Shown: in pieces, positions 9,752 to 18,955 of the stretch | Position numbering within the stretch: the stretch's first letter is position 1 | Layout: every line of letters starts with the position of its first letter | NCBI GenBank assembly: GCA_900316115.1 | Contig: ONBN01000005.1 | Location: forward strand, 3,165-67,164 | DNA: 64,000 nucleotides | Reading direction: 5' to 3' | DNA from: an uncultured Eubacteriales bacterium | GTDB lineage: Bacteria > Bacillota > Clostridia > Lachnospirales > Lachnospiraceae | Translations under genes and position numbers: made by a program | Notes under the pieces: generated by a model | What the model was told of the DNA's origin: nothing | Databases searched by the model: none | The model's input: only the letters and a program-made list of their open reading frames with translations

Positions 9752-11242
9752 ATGCAGTATGTTACCATTGGGACAGCAGGACATGTGGACCATGGGAAAA
9801 CCTGTCTTGTAAAAGCACTGACAGGGGTAGATACAGACCGGCTTCTGGAAGAGAAGCAAAGAGGCCTGACCCTTGATCTGGGATTTGCACCGATAGATCT
9901 GGGAAAAGAGATCCAAGGCGGGATCATTGATGTACCAGGTCATGAGCGTTTTATTAAAAACATGCTGGCAGGCGTGTGCGGCATGGAAATCATCATACTT
10001 GTAATTGCTGCAGATGAAGGGATCATGCCACAGACAGTGGAGCATTTGCAGATCCTCTCCCTTATGGGGATAAAAAAGGGACTGATCGCTCTTACCAGAT
10101 GTGATCTGGCAGATATCATGCAAAAGCAGAAGGTAAAGCAGGACATAAAAGTCCTTGTACAGGGAACATTCCTTGAACAGGCACAGGTTATAGAAACCAG
10201 TATTCTTACAGGAGAAGGGATCCATGCCATCCAAAGGGAATTGGCGTATCTTGCCAGAACACTTCCACCAAAAGATCTTTCCCTCCCTTTTATTCTGCCT
10301 ATTGACCGTGTATTTACAGTATCCGGATTTGGAACCGTGATTACAGGAACACTTGTCCAGGGAAGGATCCATGCAGGGGCAAAAGGGATCCTGTATCCAA
10401 AAGGCAAAGAGGTAAGGATCCGCAGACTGGAGATCTTCGGCAAAAAATCAGAATGGGTACAGGCAGGTGCCAGAGTGGCAGTGAATCTGCCTGGAGCGGA
10501 AAAAAAGCAGATTTCCAGAGGCATGGTGCTGGCACAGCCAGGCAGCCAAAAAACTGCAGACAGAGTGGATATACAGTTTCAGACAGTAAAAAATCTGAAA
10601 GAACCTGTAAAAAACAACAGCCGGATACAGGTCTGCTGGGGTGCAGGTGCATTCCATGGCAGGCTCCTTTTAAAGGATAAGGAGCAGATCCTTCCAGGTG
10701 AGAAATGCCAGGCGCAGCTTCGTCTGGAAAAAGAACTTTATATAAAGCCAGGGGATCATCTGATCCTGCGGAAATATTCTCCTGCAGAAACCATTGGCGG
10801 GGGTGTGGTAACACAGCTTTGTGAAAAGCGAAGAAGAGAGAAGATTTTTCAAAAGCCAAAGCAGTCCAGTGAAACCATGGAGAAAATCCGTGCCCTGTAT
10901 CAGGAGGCAGGCTTTTTTCCGCCTAAAACCTGTGAGGTGAAAAAACAGCTTGGTAAAGAGCAGGGCTTTTCTACGGAATTTTTAAAAATGATACAACAGG
11001 GAGAGTTATGCAGGTTTGGAAACGGGGATTATATGGCACGCACTTTTTATATGAAAGGAAAGGAATGTGCGGCCGCCCTTTTTGGAAAGCAGGGGGAGAT
11101 CCCAACAGGAATATTCCGGGACACTCTTGAAATTTCAAGAAAATGTGCCATTACTCTTTTGGGAAGCTATGACAGGGAACATTTTACCATCTGGGATGGA
11201 AAGAAAAGGATACTGGCTCATAAATGGGAAGAAAATAAGTAG
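9752..11242 (+). CDS. selB: Selenocysteine-specific elongation factor, short form (496 aa)
   Basis: TIGTAGHVDHGKT, EEKQRGLTLDLGF, DVPGHERF, LPIDRVF; C-terminal winged-helix RDTLEISRK; ATG 9752 after GGAGG. Confidence 0.93.
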   Translation: MQYVTIGTAGHVDHGKTCLVKALTGVDTDRLLEEKQRGLTLDLGFAPIDLGKEIQGGIIDVPGHERFIKNMLAGVCGMEIIILVIAADEGIMPQTVEHLQILSLMGIKKGLIALTRCDLADIMQKQKVKQDIKVLVQGTFLEQAQVIETSILTGEGIHAIQRELAYLARTLPPKDLSLPFILPIDRVFTVSGFGTVITGTLVQGRIHAGAKGILYPKGKEVRIRRLEIFGKKSEWVQAGARVAVNLPGAEKKQISRGMVLAQPGSQKTADRVDIQFQTVKNLKEPVKNNSRIQVCWGAGAFHGRLLLKDKEQILPGEKCQAQLRLEKELYIKPGDHLILRKYSPAETIGGGVVTQLCEKRRREKIFQKPKQSSETMEKIRALYQEAGFFPPKTCEVKKQLGKEQGFSTEFLKMIQQGELCRFGNGDYMARTFYMKGKECAAALFGKQGEIPTGIFRDTLEISRKCAITLLGSYDREHFTIWDGKKRILAHKWEENK

Positions 11243-11275
11243 ATACAAATCAGTACATAGATATAAGTGATTTAC

Positions 11276-11370
11276 TGGCGGGAACATGTGGGAATCGAAC
11301 CCACCCGGGACAATCCATGCCCCACACTGGTTTTGAAGACCAGGAGACACACCAGCACCTTTCTGCTCCC
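11276..11370 (-). tRNA. selC: tRNA-Sec (anticodon UCA), 95 nt, CCA encoded
   Basis: Reverse strand GGGAGCAG...CTGGT-CTTCAAA-ACCAG...long variable arm...GTGGG-TTCGATT-CCCAC-ATGTTCCC-GCCA; 6-bp D stem. Confidence 0.96.
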
Positions 11371-11376
11371 GGAAAA

Positions 11377-11405
11377 AGTATACTAGAAATCATCAGGCGT
11401 TTCAA
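11377..11405 (-). promoter_or_regulatory. Sigma-A promoter for selC
   Basis: Minus strand TTGAAA, 17 bp, TATACT, ending 6 nt before the tRNA 5' end. Confidence 0.75.
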
Positions 11406-11430
11406 GGAAAAAAGGAAAGGAGGAGGCCAT

Positions 11431-12411
11431 ATGCAGGATAGCTATGAAAGAACCATTGATTATATCAGGATTTCTGTAACCGATCAGTGCAATCTTCGGT
11501 GTATTTACTGCATGCCAGAGGGCTGTACACACAGAAATGCAAAACAGCAGCTGACAGATGAGCAGATCCTTAAGCTGTGTAGACGTTTTGCACAGCTTGG
11601 GATTTCCAAGGTTAAGATCACAGGCGGCGAACCTCTTTTACGTCCCAAGGTACCTGCGCTTATAAAAGAGATCAGGCAGATCCCGGGGATACACAGTGTT
11701 ACCCTTACAACCAATGGCATTTTGCTTGGTAAATATCTTCCACAGCTGGTAAAGGCAGGACTTACAGGAGTAAACATCAGTGTTGATTCCCTGGATCCGG
11801 TGCATTATCAGCAGATCAGCGGCAGAGACAGCCTTCAGCCGGTCATGGACAGTCTGAAAGCTGCCTTATCTTATCCGGAACTTGTAACAAAGCTGAACTG
11901 TGTGCCTGTCTATGGGAAAAACCATCAGGATCTGGCAGAACTGGCTCTTCTTGCAAAAGATGAGGATCTGCATGTACGGTTTATTGAAATGATGCCTATC
12001 GGATATGGGAAAGATTTTAACTGCTGCACAGAAGATCAGATCTTGAAGTATCTGGAGGGAAAATTAAAGATCAGGCTGATCCCATATGAAGGCAGACTGG
12101 GAAATGGCCCCGCCCATTATTACCAGGCACAGGGCTTTAAAGGAAAGATCGGCTTTATCAGTGCAGTAAGCCATAAATTCTGCAGTCAGTGCAACAGGAT
12201 CCGGCTGACCTGTGACGGATATCTGAAAACATGCCTGCAGTATCAGACAGGATGTGATCTTAAGCCTTATCTGCAGCAGGGGGCATCTGAAGAAACATTG
12301 AAACAGGTGATCCTTCAGACAGTAAAAGAAAAGCCTGTGTGTCATCATTTTCTGGAAGATCAAAAGGATGAAAAAGAAGAAAAAAGGGCTATGTGTGAAA
12401 TTGGCGGATAA
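11431..12411 (+). CDS. moaA: GTP 3',8-cyclase (molybdopterin synthesis, radical SAM)
   Basis: RISVTDQCNLRCIYC, ITGGEPLLR, CSQCNRIRLT, C-terminal IGG; ATG 11431 after GGAGG. Confidence 0.95.
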   Translation: MQDSYERTIDYIRISVTDQCNLRCIYCMPEGCTHRNAKQQLTDEQILKLCRRFAQLGISKVKITGGEPLLRPKVPALIKEIRQIPGIHSVTLTTNGILLGKYLPQLVKAGLTGVNISVDSLDPVHYQQISGRDSLQPVMDSLKAALSYPELVTKLNCVPVYGKNHQDLAELALLAKDEDLHVRFIEMMPIGYGKDFNCCTEDQILKYLEGKLKIRLIPYEGRLGNGPAHYYQAQGFKGKIGFISAVSHKFCSQCNRIRLTCDGYLKTCLQYQTGCDLKPYLQQGASEETLKQVILQTVKEKPVCHHFLEDQKDEKEEKRAMCEIGG

Positions 12412-12571
12412 CAGGAGTTTACCGGGGCCGTACAAAAGGAATGCTATTGACTTTTGCATCCTGTTTTTAGTATAGTAAGATACGGAGTAACTGTAGGTGC
12501 ATTTGGAACAGTTGCTGCAGGGAATATGAAATCCAGAAAGCAGTTTCGCTTTTTTCAGGAGGTAATCATAA

Positions 12572-13597
12572 ATGTCAGAATTGGTAAAAGTAGTTGTAGA
12601 TGCAATGGGTGGCGATTATGCGCCCCAGGAGCCTGTAAAAGCAGCCGTAGAAGCGGTGACAGAAAGAGAAGATATCCAGGTGATCCTGACAGGTACTGAG
12701 GAAGAGGTACGTGCCCAGCTTGCAAAATATCCGGATTATCCTAAGGACAGGATCCAGGTGGTGCCTACCACAGAAGTGATCCAGACAGCTGAACCGCCGG
12801 TAATGGCGATCCAGAAGAAAAAGGATTCCTCACTTGTAGTAGGCCTTAAGATGGTAAAGCGCCAGGAGGCAGATGCTTTTGTATCCTGTGGAAGCACAGG
12901 AGCCATCCTTGTAGGAGGCCAGGTACTTGTAGGCAGACTGAAAGGGGTGGAGCGCCCGCCTTTGGCTCCGCTGATCCCTACAGAGAAGGGTGTTTCCCTT
13001 CTTATTGACTGTGGCGCTACTGTTGATGCCAGATCTTCCCATCTGGTACAGTTTGCAAAAATGGGATCCATCTATATGGAAAATGTAGTTGGGATCAAGA
13101 ATCCTAAAGTAGCCATTGTAAATATTGGTGCAGAGGAAGAAAAAGGAAATGCACTTGTAAAAGAAACATTCCCTCTTTTGAAAGCATGCCCTGGCATCAA
13201 TTTTATCGGAAGCATTGAGGCAAGGGATATTCCTTCCGGATATGCAGATGTGGTAGTATGTGAAGCCTTTGTAGGTAATGTGATCCTGAAGCTTTATGAA
13301 GGACTTGCAGGCACTTTGATGAAGAAGATCAAAGGTGGACTGATGTCCAGCTTCCGCAGCAAAATGGGAGCACTTCTCATCAAGCCGGCTCTTAAGAAGA
13401 CTTTGAAGTCTTTTGATGTGACAGAGCATGGCGGTGCACCTCTTCTTGGCCTTAAAGGTCTTGTGGTAAAATGCCATGGAAGCGCCAAATCCATAGAGAT
13501 CAAAAACGGGATTTTCCAGTGTGTCCAGTTTAAACAGCAGCAGATCAATGAAAAGATCGGGGAGCATATTCTGGAGATGGCGGATACATCCAAATAA
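12572..13597 (+). CDS. plsX: Phosphate acyltransferase
   Basis: VVDAMGGDYAP, LLIDCGATVD, NIGAEEEKG, GGAPLLGLKG. Confidence 0.97.
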   Translation: MSELVKVVVDAMGGDYAPQEPVKAAVEAVTEREDIQVILTGTEEEVRAQLAKYPDYPKDRIQVVPTTEVIQTAEPPVMAIQKKKDSSLVVGLKMVKRQEADAFVSCGSTGAILVGGQVLVGRLKGVERPPLAPLIPTEKGVSLLIDCGATVDARSSHLVQFAKMGSIYMENVVGIKNPKVAIVNIGAEEEKGNALVKETFPLLKACPGINFIGSIEARDIPSGYADVVVCEAFVGNVILKLYEGLAGTLMKKIKGGLMSSFRSKMGALLIKPALKKTLKSFDVTEHGGAPLLGLKGLVVKCHGSAKSIEIKNGIFQCVQFKQQQINEKIGEHILEMADTSK

Positions 13598-13606
13598 TGA
13601 GAATAT

Positions 13607-13655
13607 AAGAAGGGATTGCCGGTTTTGGGACAGCCTGGAACGGCAGCCCCTTCTT
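13607..13655. terminator. Hairpin between plsX and rnc
   Basis: AAGAAGGGATTGCCG / CGGCAGCCCCTTCTT. Confidence 0.6.
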
Positions 13656-13695
13656 GTGTAATAGGAATCCTGTTATTACAGGAAAAGGAGAAAAT

Positions 13696-14379
13696 ATGGA
13701 GACAAATTTAACAGAACTGGAGAAAAGGATCGGGTACAGCTTTAAGGATAAAACCCTTCTTGTGAAAGCCCTGACCCACAGCTCTTATGCAAATGAGAAA
13801 AAGCTTGGAAAAGGTGGCTGCAATGAGCGGCTGGAATTCTTAGGAGATGCAGTGCTGGAATTGATCAGCAGTCATTTCCTTTATGAAAAATTCCCAAAGC
13901 TTCCGGAAGGGGAGTTGACCAAGAAACGTGCAAGCCTGGTATGTGAGCCAAGCCTTGCTTTTTGTGCAAGGGATTTTGAACTGCCCAAATACCTGCTTCT
14001 TGGCAGGGGAGAAGAACTGACCGGAGGCCGGAACAGGGATTCTATTGTGTCAGATGCTACAGAAGCCCTTCTTGGGGCTATTTATCTGGACGGTGGTTTT
14101 GCTAATGCAAAGGAGTTTGTACTGGATTTCATACTGAATGACCTGGAGCATAAGCAGCTCTTTTATGATAGCAAGACCATCCTGCAGGAGATTGTCCAGG
14201 AGAATCTGAATCATGGGGTAGAATACCGTCTTGTAGGAGAGACAGGCCCGGATCACAATAAAAGCTTTACTGTAGAAGTGCTGGTGAACGACCAGACAAT
14301 GGGACAGGGCACAGGCCATACCAAGAAAGCGGCAGAGCAGGCGGCTGCTTATCAGGCAATCCGAAAACTGAGAAAATAA
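13696..14379 (+). CDS. rnc: Ribonuclease III
   Basis: ALTHSS, NERLEFLGDAVL, dsRNA-binding domain KTILQE...KKAAEQAAA. Confidence 0.97.
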   Translation: METNLTELEKRIGYSFKDKTLLVKALTHSSYANEKKLGKGGCNERLEFLGDAVLELISSHFLYEKFPKLPEGELTKKRASLVCEPSLAFCARDFELPKYLLLGRGEELTGGRNRDSIVSDATEALLGAIYLDGGFANAKEFVLDFILNDLEHKQLFYDSKTILQEIVQENLNHGVEYRLVGETGPDHNKSFTVEVLVNDQTMGQGTGHTKKAAEQAAAYQAIRKLRK

Positions 14380-14396
14380 AGGGTCATAGGTAGGAT

Positions 14397-17300
14397 ATGT
14401 ACTTAAAAAATATTGAGGTGCAGGGATTTAAGTCCTTTGCACAGAAGATCAATTTTGAATTTCACAACGGTATTACCGGCATTGTAGGACCTAACGGAAG
14501 TGGGAAAAGCAATGTAGGCGATGCAGTACGGTGGGTTCTTGGAGAACAGAGTGCCAAGCAGCTTCGAGGCGGCAACATGCAGGATGTTATTTTCTCAGGA
14601 ACAGAGACAAGAAAGCCCTTAAGCTTTGCTTCTGTTGCCATTACCCTGGATAACAGTGACCATAAGCTGCCGGTGGAGTTTAATGAGGTAACAGTTACAA
14701 GGCGTCTGTACCGCTCCGGTGAAAGTGAATACCTGATCAACGGCAGTGCCTGCAGACTGAAAGACATTAATGAGATGTTTTACGATACCGGTATCGGAAA
14801 GGAAGGCTATTCCATTATCGGGCAGGGTCAGATCGACAAGATCTTAAGCGGAAAGCCGGAAGATCGAAGAGAACTGTTTGACGAGGCAGCCGGGATCGTA
14901 AAGTATAAGCGCAGGAAAAATACCACCATTAAAAAGCTGGAGGATGAACAGCAGAACCTTGTCCGTGTAACAGATATTTTAAGCGAGCTTACCAAGCAGC
15001 TGGGGCCTTTGGAACGCCAGTCTGAAACTGCAAGGATCTATCTGGCAAAAAGAGACAGCTTAAGGGAACTGGATGTAAATATGTTCCTTCTGGAAAGCCG
15101 GCAGACAGAAAAGGATCTGCAGGTTTTAAGCGAGAAGAACGAAACAGCATCTGCACAGCTTGCTGATACCAGTAAAGAATATGAGCAGACAAAAGTAGAA
15201 TACGACCGTCTGGAGCAGGAACTGGAAGAGCTGAACCAGCAGATGGATGAACTGCGGGAGAAGACCCAGAAAAATGCATTGCAGAAGCAGCAGCTGGAGG
15301 GGCAGATCAATGTTTTAAATGAGCAGATCCAGGCAGGACTGCAAAGTGATACACACTTTAAGAACCGTCTGGAAACCGTGGAAGAGGACCTGAAGCAAAG
15401 GCAGCAGTCCAGATCTGAAGTGGAAGAAGAAAAAGGATCTCTTCGTGCCATTGTAAAAGAGGCGCAGAAACGGCTGGCAGATCAGGAAGACAGACTTCAT
15501 ACGGTACAGGAACAGATTTCCCAGTGTGAGACTGCAGTGGAAGACGGCAAGAATGAGATCATCGAGATCCTGAATTCCAGAGCAACCACAAAAGGAAAGG
15601 CTCAAAGATTTGACACTTTGATGGAACAGGTGGGGATCCGTAAGGCAGAAGTAAGCCAGCACATCCTTCACCTGAAAAGCGAAGAGGCAGAGCAGAAGAC
15701 CATCAGGGAAAAAGCCCAGTCAGAATATGATCAGATCACAGAAGAGATCCATCAGATGAATGAGAAATCTGATGAGATAGAGCAACAGGTACATAATCTC
15801 AGCGAAGATCTGAAAAAACAGACTGCACAGCTGGAAAACAGCCAGACATCCTACCACAGGGAAGCATCCAGGCTGGAATCCTTACGTAATATCACTGAGC
15901 GGTATGACGGATACGGCAACAGCATCCGCAGGGTAATGGAGCAGAAAGACCGGGTACCCGGTATCCGTGGTGTTGTTGCAGATCTGATCCAGGTAAATAA
16001 AGAGTATGAGATCGCCATTGAGACAGCCCTTGGGGGCAGCATTCAGAACATTGTTACTGACAATGAGCAGACAGCCAAAAGAATGATCGAATACCTGAAG
16101 AAAAACCGCTTTGGCCGTGCCACATTTCTTCCTTTAAACAGTATTAATACAAGAGGGGAATTCAGCCAGAAGGAAGCGTTAAAAGAAACAGGTGTGATCG
16201 GCCTGGCTTCTGATCTGGTTTCCACAGAGAAAGAATATACAGGACTTACCAGGTATCTTCTTGGCAGGGTGCTGGTAGTGGATCATATTGACCATGCCAT
16301 TGCTATTGCAAGGAAATATCATCACAGTCTGCGTATGGTAACCATTGAGGGAGAGTCTTTAAGCCCCGGCGGTTCCATGACTGGTGGTGCTTTTAAGAAT
16401 AACAGCAATCTTCTTGGACGACGCAGGGAGATTGAAGAACTGGAAGGGAAGGTTGCAGCCCTGAAGGAAGAGGTAAGTCGTCTCACCGGTTCCATGGAGG
16501 AGAACAGACATAAACGTAACATGCTCCGTGACCAGATGACACAGCTGCAGGAACAGCTCCGTGGCAAATACGTAGCCCAGAATACTGCAAAAATGAATCT
16601 GGCACGGCTGAAAGATAAAGAACAGGAGATCAGGGATGGATACGAAAGGATCCGTCTGGATCAGGAGCAGATCCGCAGACAGTTAAGTGAGATCCAGCAG
16701 GATCATGACAAGATCGATGAGGAATTAAAGGCTTCCAGACAGGATGAGAAGGAACTGGAAACCTATATTGAAACAAGACAGAAGGAACTGGAAGAGTGGA
16801 AAAACGAAGAAAGCACAGTACAGAAAAAGCTGGAAGAGCTTCGTCTGGAAGCATCCACCAATCAGCAAAAAGAAAGCTTTGCATCTGAGAATCTTTCCCG
16901 TCTTATTTCTGAGATCCAGGGACTTGAGCAGGAAAAGCAGACCATTCTGGAAACCCTTGAGCAGGGAAATCAGGAGATGGAGAATAAGCGCAGATCTGTA
17001 GAAGAACTGAAAGAGGCAGTGTCCAGATTTGGCGGTCAGGAAGAGACAAACAGGGAGCAGATGCAGGTATGGCAGAAAGAAAAAGATCTGAAAAATACCA
17101 GTCATAAGGCCTTTTTTGAAAAAAGAGACCAGCTGTCCAGCCAGCTCTCCCTTCTGGATAAAGAATGCTTCCGTCTGAAAAGCCAGATAGAAAAGTTGGA
17201 GGAAAGCAGGGAGGCTCAGATTTCCTATATGTGGGAGGAATATGAGATCACACCTAATAATGCCCTTCAGTATCGGAAAGAAGAATATACAGACCTGAAG

Positions 17301-17957
17301 GAAATGAAAAAGCAGACCGCACAGCTGAAGGATGAGATACGAAAGCTTGGCTCTGTAAACGTAAATGCTATTGAAGATTACAAAAATCTTCAGGAGAGAC
17401 ATGCGTTCCTGTCCGGTCAGTATGAGGATCTGAAAACTGCAGAGGCTCAGCTTGAGAATATTATCCGGGAACTGGATGAAGGCATGCGGCAGCAGTTTTC
17501 CGAGAAATTCAGGGATATCCAGAGAGAGTTTGACAAAGCCTTCAAAGAACTGTTCGGCGGAGGTAAGGGAACTTTGGAACTGGAGGAGGATGTGGATATT
17601 CTGGAAGCAGGCATAAAGATCATTTCACAGCCGCCAGGAAAGAAACTGCAGAATATGATGCAGCTTTCAGGTGGGGAAAAGGCCCTGACAGCCATTGCCC
17701 TTCTGTTTGCCATCCAGAACCTGAAGCCTTCACCTTTCTGTCTTCTTGATGAGATCGAGGCAGCCCTGGATGATTCCAATGTAGGCCGGTTTGCCGGGTA
17801 TCTGCAGAAGTTGACGAAGAACACGCAGTTTATTATAATAACACATAGAAGGGGAACCATGAATGCAGCAGACAGACTGTACGGTATCACCATGCAGGAA
17901 AAGGGTGTATCCACTCTTGTATCTGTTGACCTTGTGGAGAACCAGCTAACGCAGTAA
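14397..17957 (+). CDS. smc: Chromosome segregation protein SMC
   Basis: GFKSF, GPNGSGKSN, hinge GRATFLPL, LSGGEKAL, LDEIEAALD; long coiled coils. Confidence 0.98.
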   Translation: MYLKNIEVQGFKSFAQKINFEFHNGITGIVGPNGSGKSNVGDAVRWVLGEQSAKQLRGGNMQDVIFSGTETRKPLSFASVAITLDNSDHKLPVEFNEVTVTRRLYRSGESEYLINGSACRLKDINEMFYDTGIGKEGYSIIGQGQIDKILSGKPEDRRELFDEAAGIVKYKRRKNTTIKKLEDEQQNLVRVTDILSELTKQLGPLERQSETARIYLAKRDSLRELDVNMFLLESRQTEKDLQVLSEKNETASAQLADTSKEYEQTKVEYDRLEQELEELNQQMDELREKTQKNALQKQQLEGQINVLNEQIQAGLQSDTHFKNRLETVEEDLKQRQQSRSEVEEEKGSLRAIVKEAQKRLADQEDRLHTVQEQISQCETAVEDGKNEIIEILNSRATTKGKAQRFDTLMEQVGIRKAEVSQHILHLKSEEAEQKTIREKAQSEYDQITEEIHQMNEKSDEIEQQVHNLSEDLKKQTAQLENSQTSYHREASRLESLRNITERYDGYGNSIRRVMEQKDRVPGIRGVVADLIQVNKEYEIAIETALGGSIQNIVTDNEQTAKRMIEYLKKNRFGRATFLPLNSINTRGEFSQKEALKETGVIGLASDLVSTEKEYTGLTRYLLGRVLVVDHIDHAIAIARKYHHSLRMVTIEGESLSPGGSMTGGAFKNNSNLLGRRREIEELEGKVAALKEEVSRLTGSMEENRHKRNMLRDQMTQLQEQLRGKYVAQNTAKMNLARLKDKEQEIRDGYERIRLDQEQIRRQLSEIQQDHDKIDEELKASRQDEKELETYIETRQKELEEWKNEESTVQKKLEELRLEASTNQQKESFASENLSRLISEIQGLEQEKQTILETLEQGNQEMENKRRSVEELKEAVSRFGGQEETNREQMQVWQKEKDLKNTSHKAFFEKRDQLSSQLSLLDKECFRLKSQIEKLEESREAQISYMWEEYEITPNNALQYRKEEYTDLKEMKKQTAQLKDEIRKLGSVNVNAIEDYKNLQERHAFLSGQYEDLKTAEAQLENIIRELDEGMRQQFSEKFRDIQREFDKAFKELFGGGKGTLELEEDVDILEAGIKIISQPPGKKLQNMMQLSGGEKALTAIALLFAIQNLKPSPFCLLDEIEAALDDSNVGRFAGYLQKLTKNTQFIIITHRRGTMNAADRLYGITMQEKGVSTLVSVDLVENQLTQ

Positions 17958-17971
17958 GGAGGGAATGGGAT

Positions 17972-18934
17972 ATGGCAGAGGAGAAAAAAGGCTTTTTTAA
18001 AAGGCTTGTAAGTGGTCTTACCAAGACCCGTGACAACATTGTAAAAGGGTTTGATTCCCTTTTCAGCGGATATTCCAGCATTGATGATGATTTTTATGAA
18101 GAACTGGAAGAGATCCTGATCATGGGAGATATCGGGATCAATGCCACTACAGCTATTCTTGAAAATCTGAAAAAACAGGTAGAAGAGAAGCATATCAAGG
18201 ATCCTATGGAATGCAAGGAGCTTCTCATTGACAGCATTAAAGAACAGATGTATGTGGACAGCACAGATTATGAGTTTGAGAACCGCAAGTCCGTGATCCT
18301 GGTGATCGGTGTGAACGGTGTGGGCAAGACCACATCTGTAGGTAAGCTGGCTGGCAAATTAAAAGATCAGGGAAAGAAAGTGATCCTTGCAGCAGCAGAT
18401 ACCTTCCGTGCAGCAGCCGGAGAACAGCTGACCCAGTGGGCGAACCGTGCGGGAGTGGATATTATCGGAGGACAGTCAGGTGCAGATCCTGCTTCTGTGG
18501 TATTCGATGCAGTGGCAGCAGCAAAGGCAAGGAATGCAGATGTGCTGATCTGTGACACAGCAGGCCGCCTTCATAATAAGAAGAACCTGATGGAAGAACT
18601 TCGTAAGATCTACCGTATCCTTGAAAGGGAATATCCGGAAGCATACCTGGAGACTCTGGTTGTGCTGGATGGCACCACAGGACAGAATGCTCTTGCACAG
18701 GCCAGACAGTTTGCAGAAGTTGCCAATGTAAACGGTATCATTCTTACAAAGCTGGACGGTACAGCCAAGGGTGGGATTGCAGTTGCGATCCAGTCTGAAC
18801 TGGATATTCCGGTGAAGTATATCGGAGTAGGTGAAAGCATTGACGATCTGCAGAAGTTTGACGCCAATGAATTTGTAAATGCGCTGTTTAATGTTGATGA
18901 GAAAACCCGGTGGGACGGGGAAGAAAATGAATAA
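17972..18934 (+). CDS. ftsY: SRP receptor FtsY
   Basis: GVNGVGKTT, DTFRAAA, DTAGR, TKLDGTAKGG. Confidence 0.98.
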   Translation: MAEEKKGFFKRLVSGLTKTRDNIVKGFDSLFSGYSSIDDDFYEELEEILIMGDIGINATTAILENLKKQVEEKHIKDPMECKELLIDSIKEQMYVDSTDYEFENRKSVILVIGVNGVGKTTSVGKLAGKLKDQGKKVILAAADTFRAAAGEQLTQWANRAGVDIIGGQSGADPASVVFDAVAAAKARNADVLICDTAGRLHNKKNLMEELRKIYRILEREYPEAYLETLVVLDGTTGQNALAQARQFAEVANVNGIILTKLDGTAKGGIAVAIQSELDIPVKYIGVGESIDDLQKFDANEFVNALFNVDEKTRWDGEENE

Positions 18935-18955
18935 GCATCAGATGATGCAAGGGGG

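Noticed and set aside
11243-11280. tRNA-Sec 3' end as a prophage or island attachment site
   Set aside because: No duplicated tRNA 3' end and no integrase in the window; selB lies directly adjacent.
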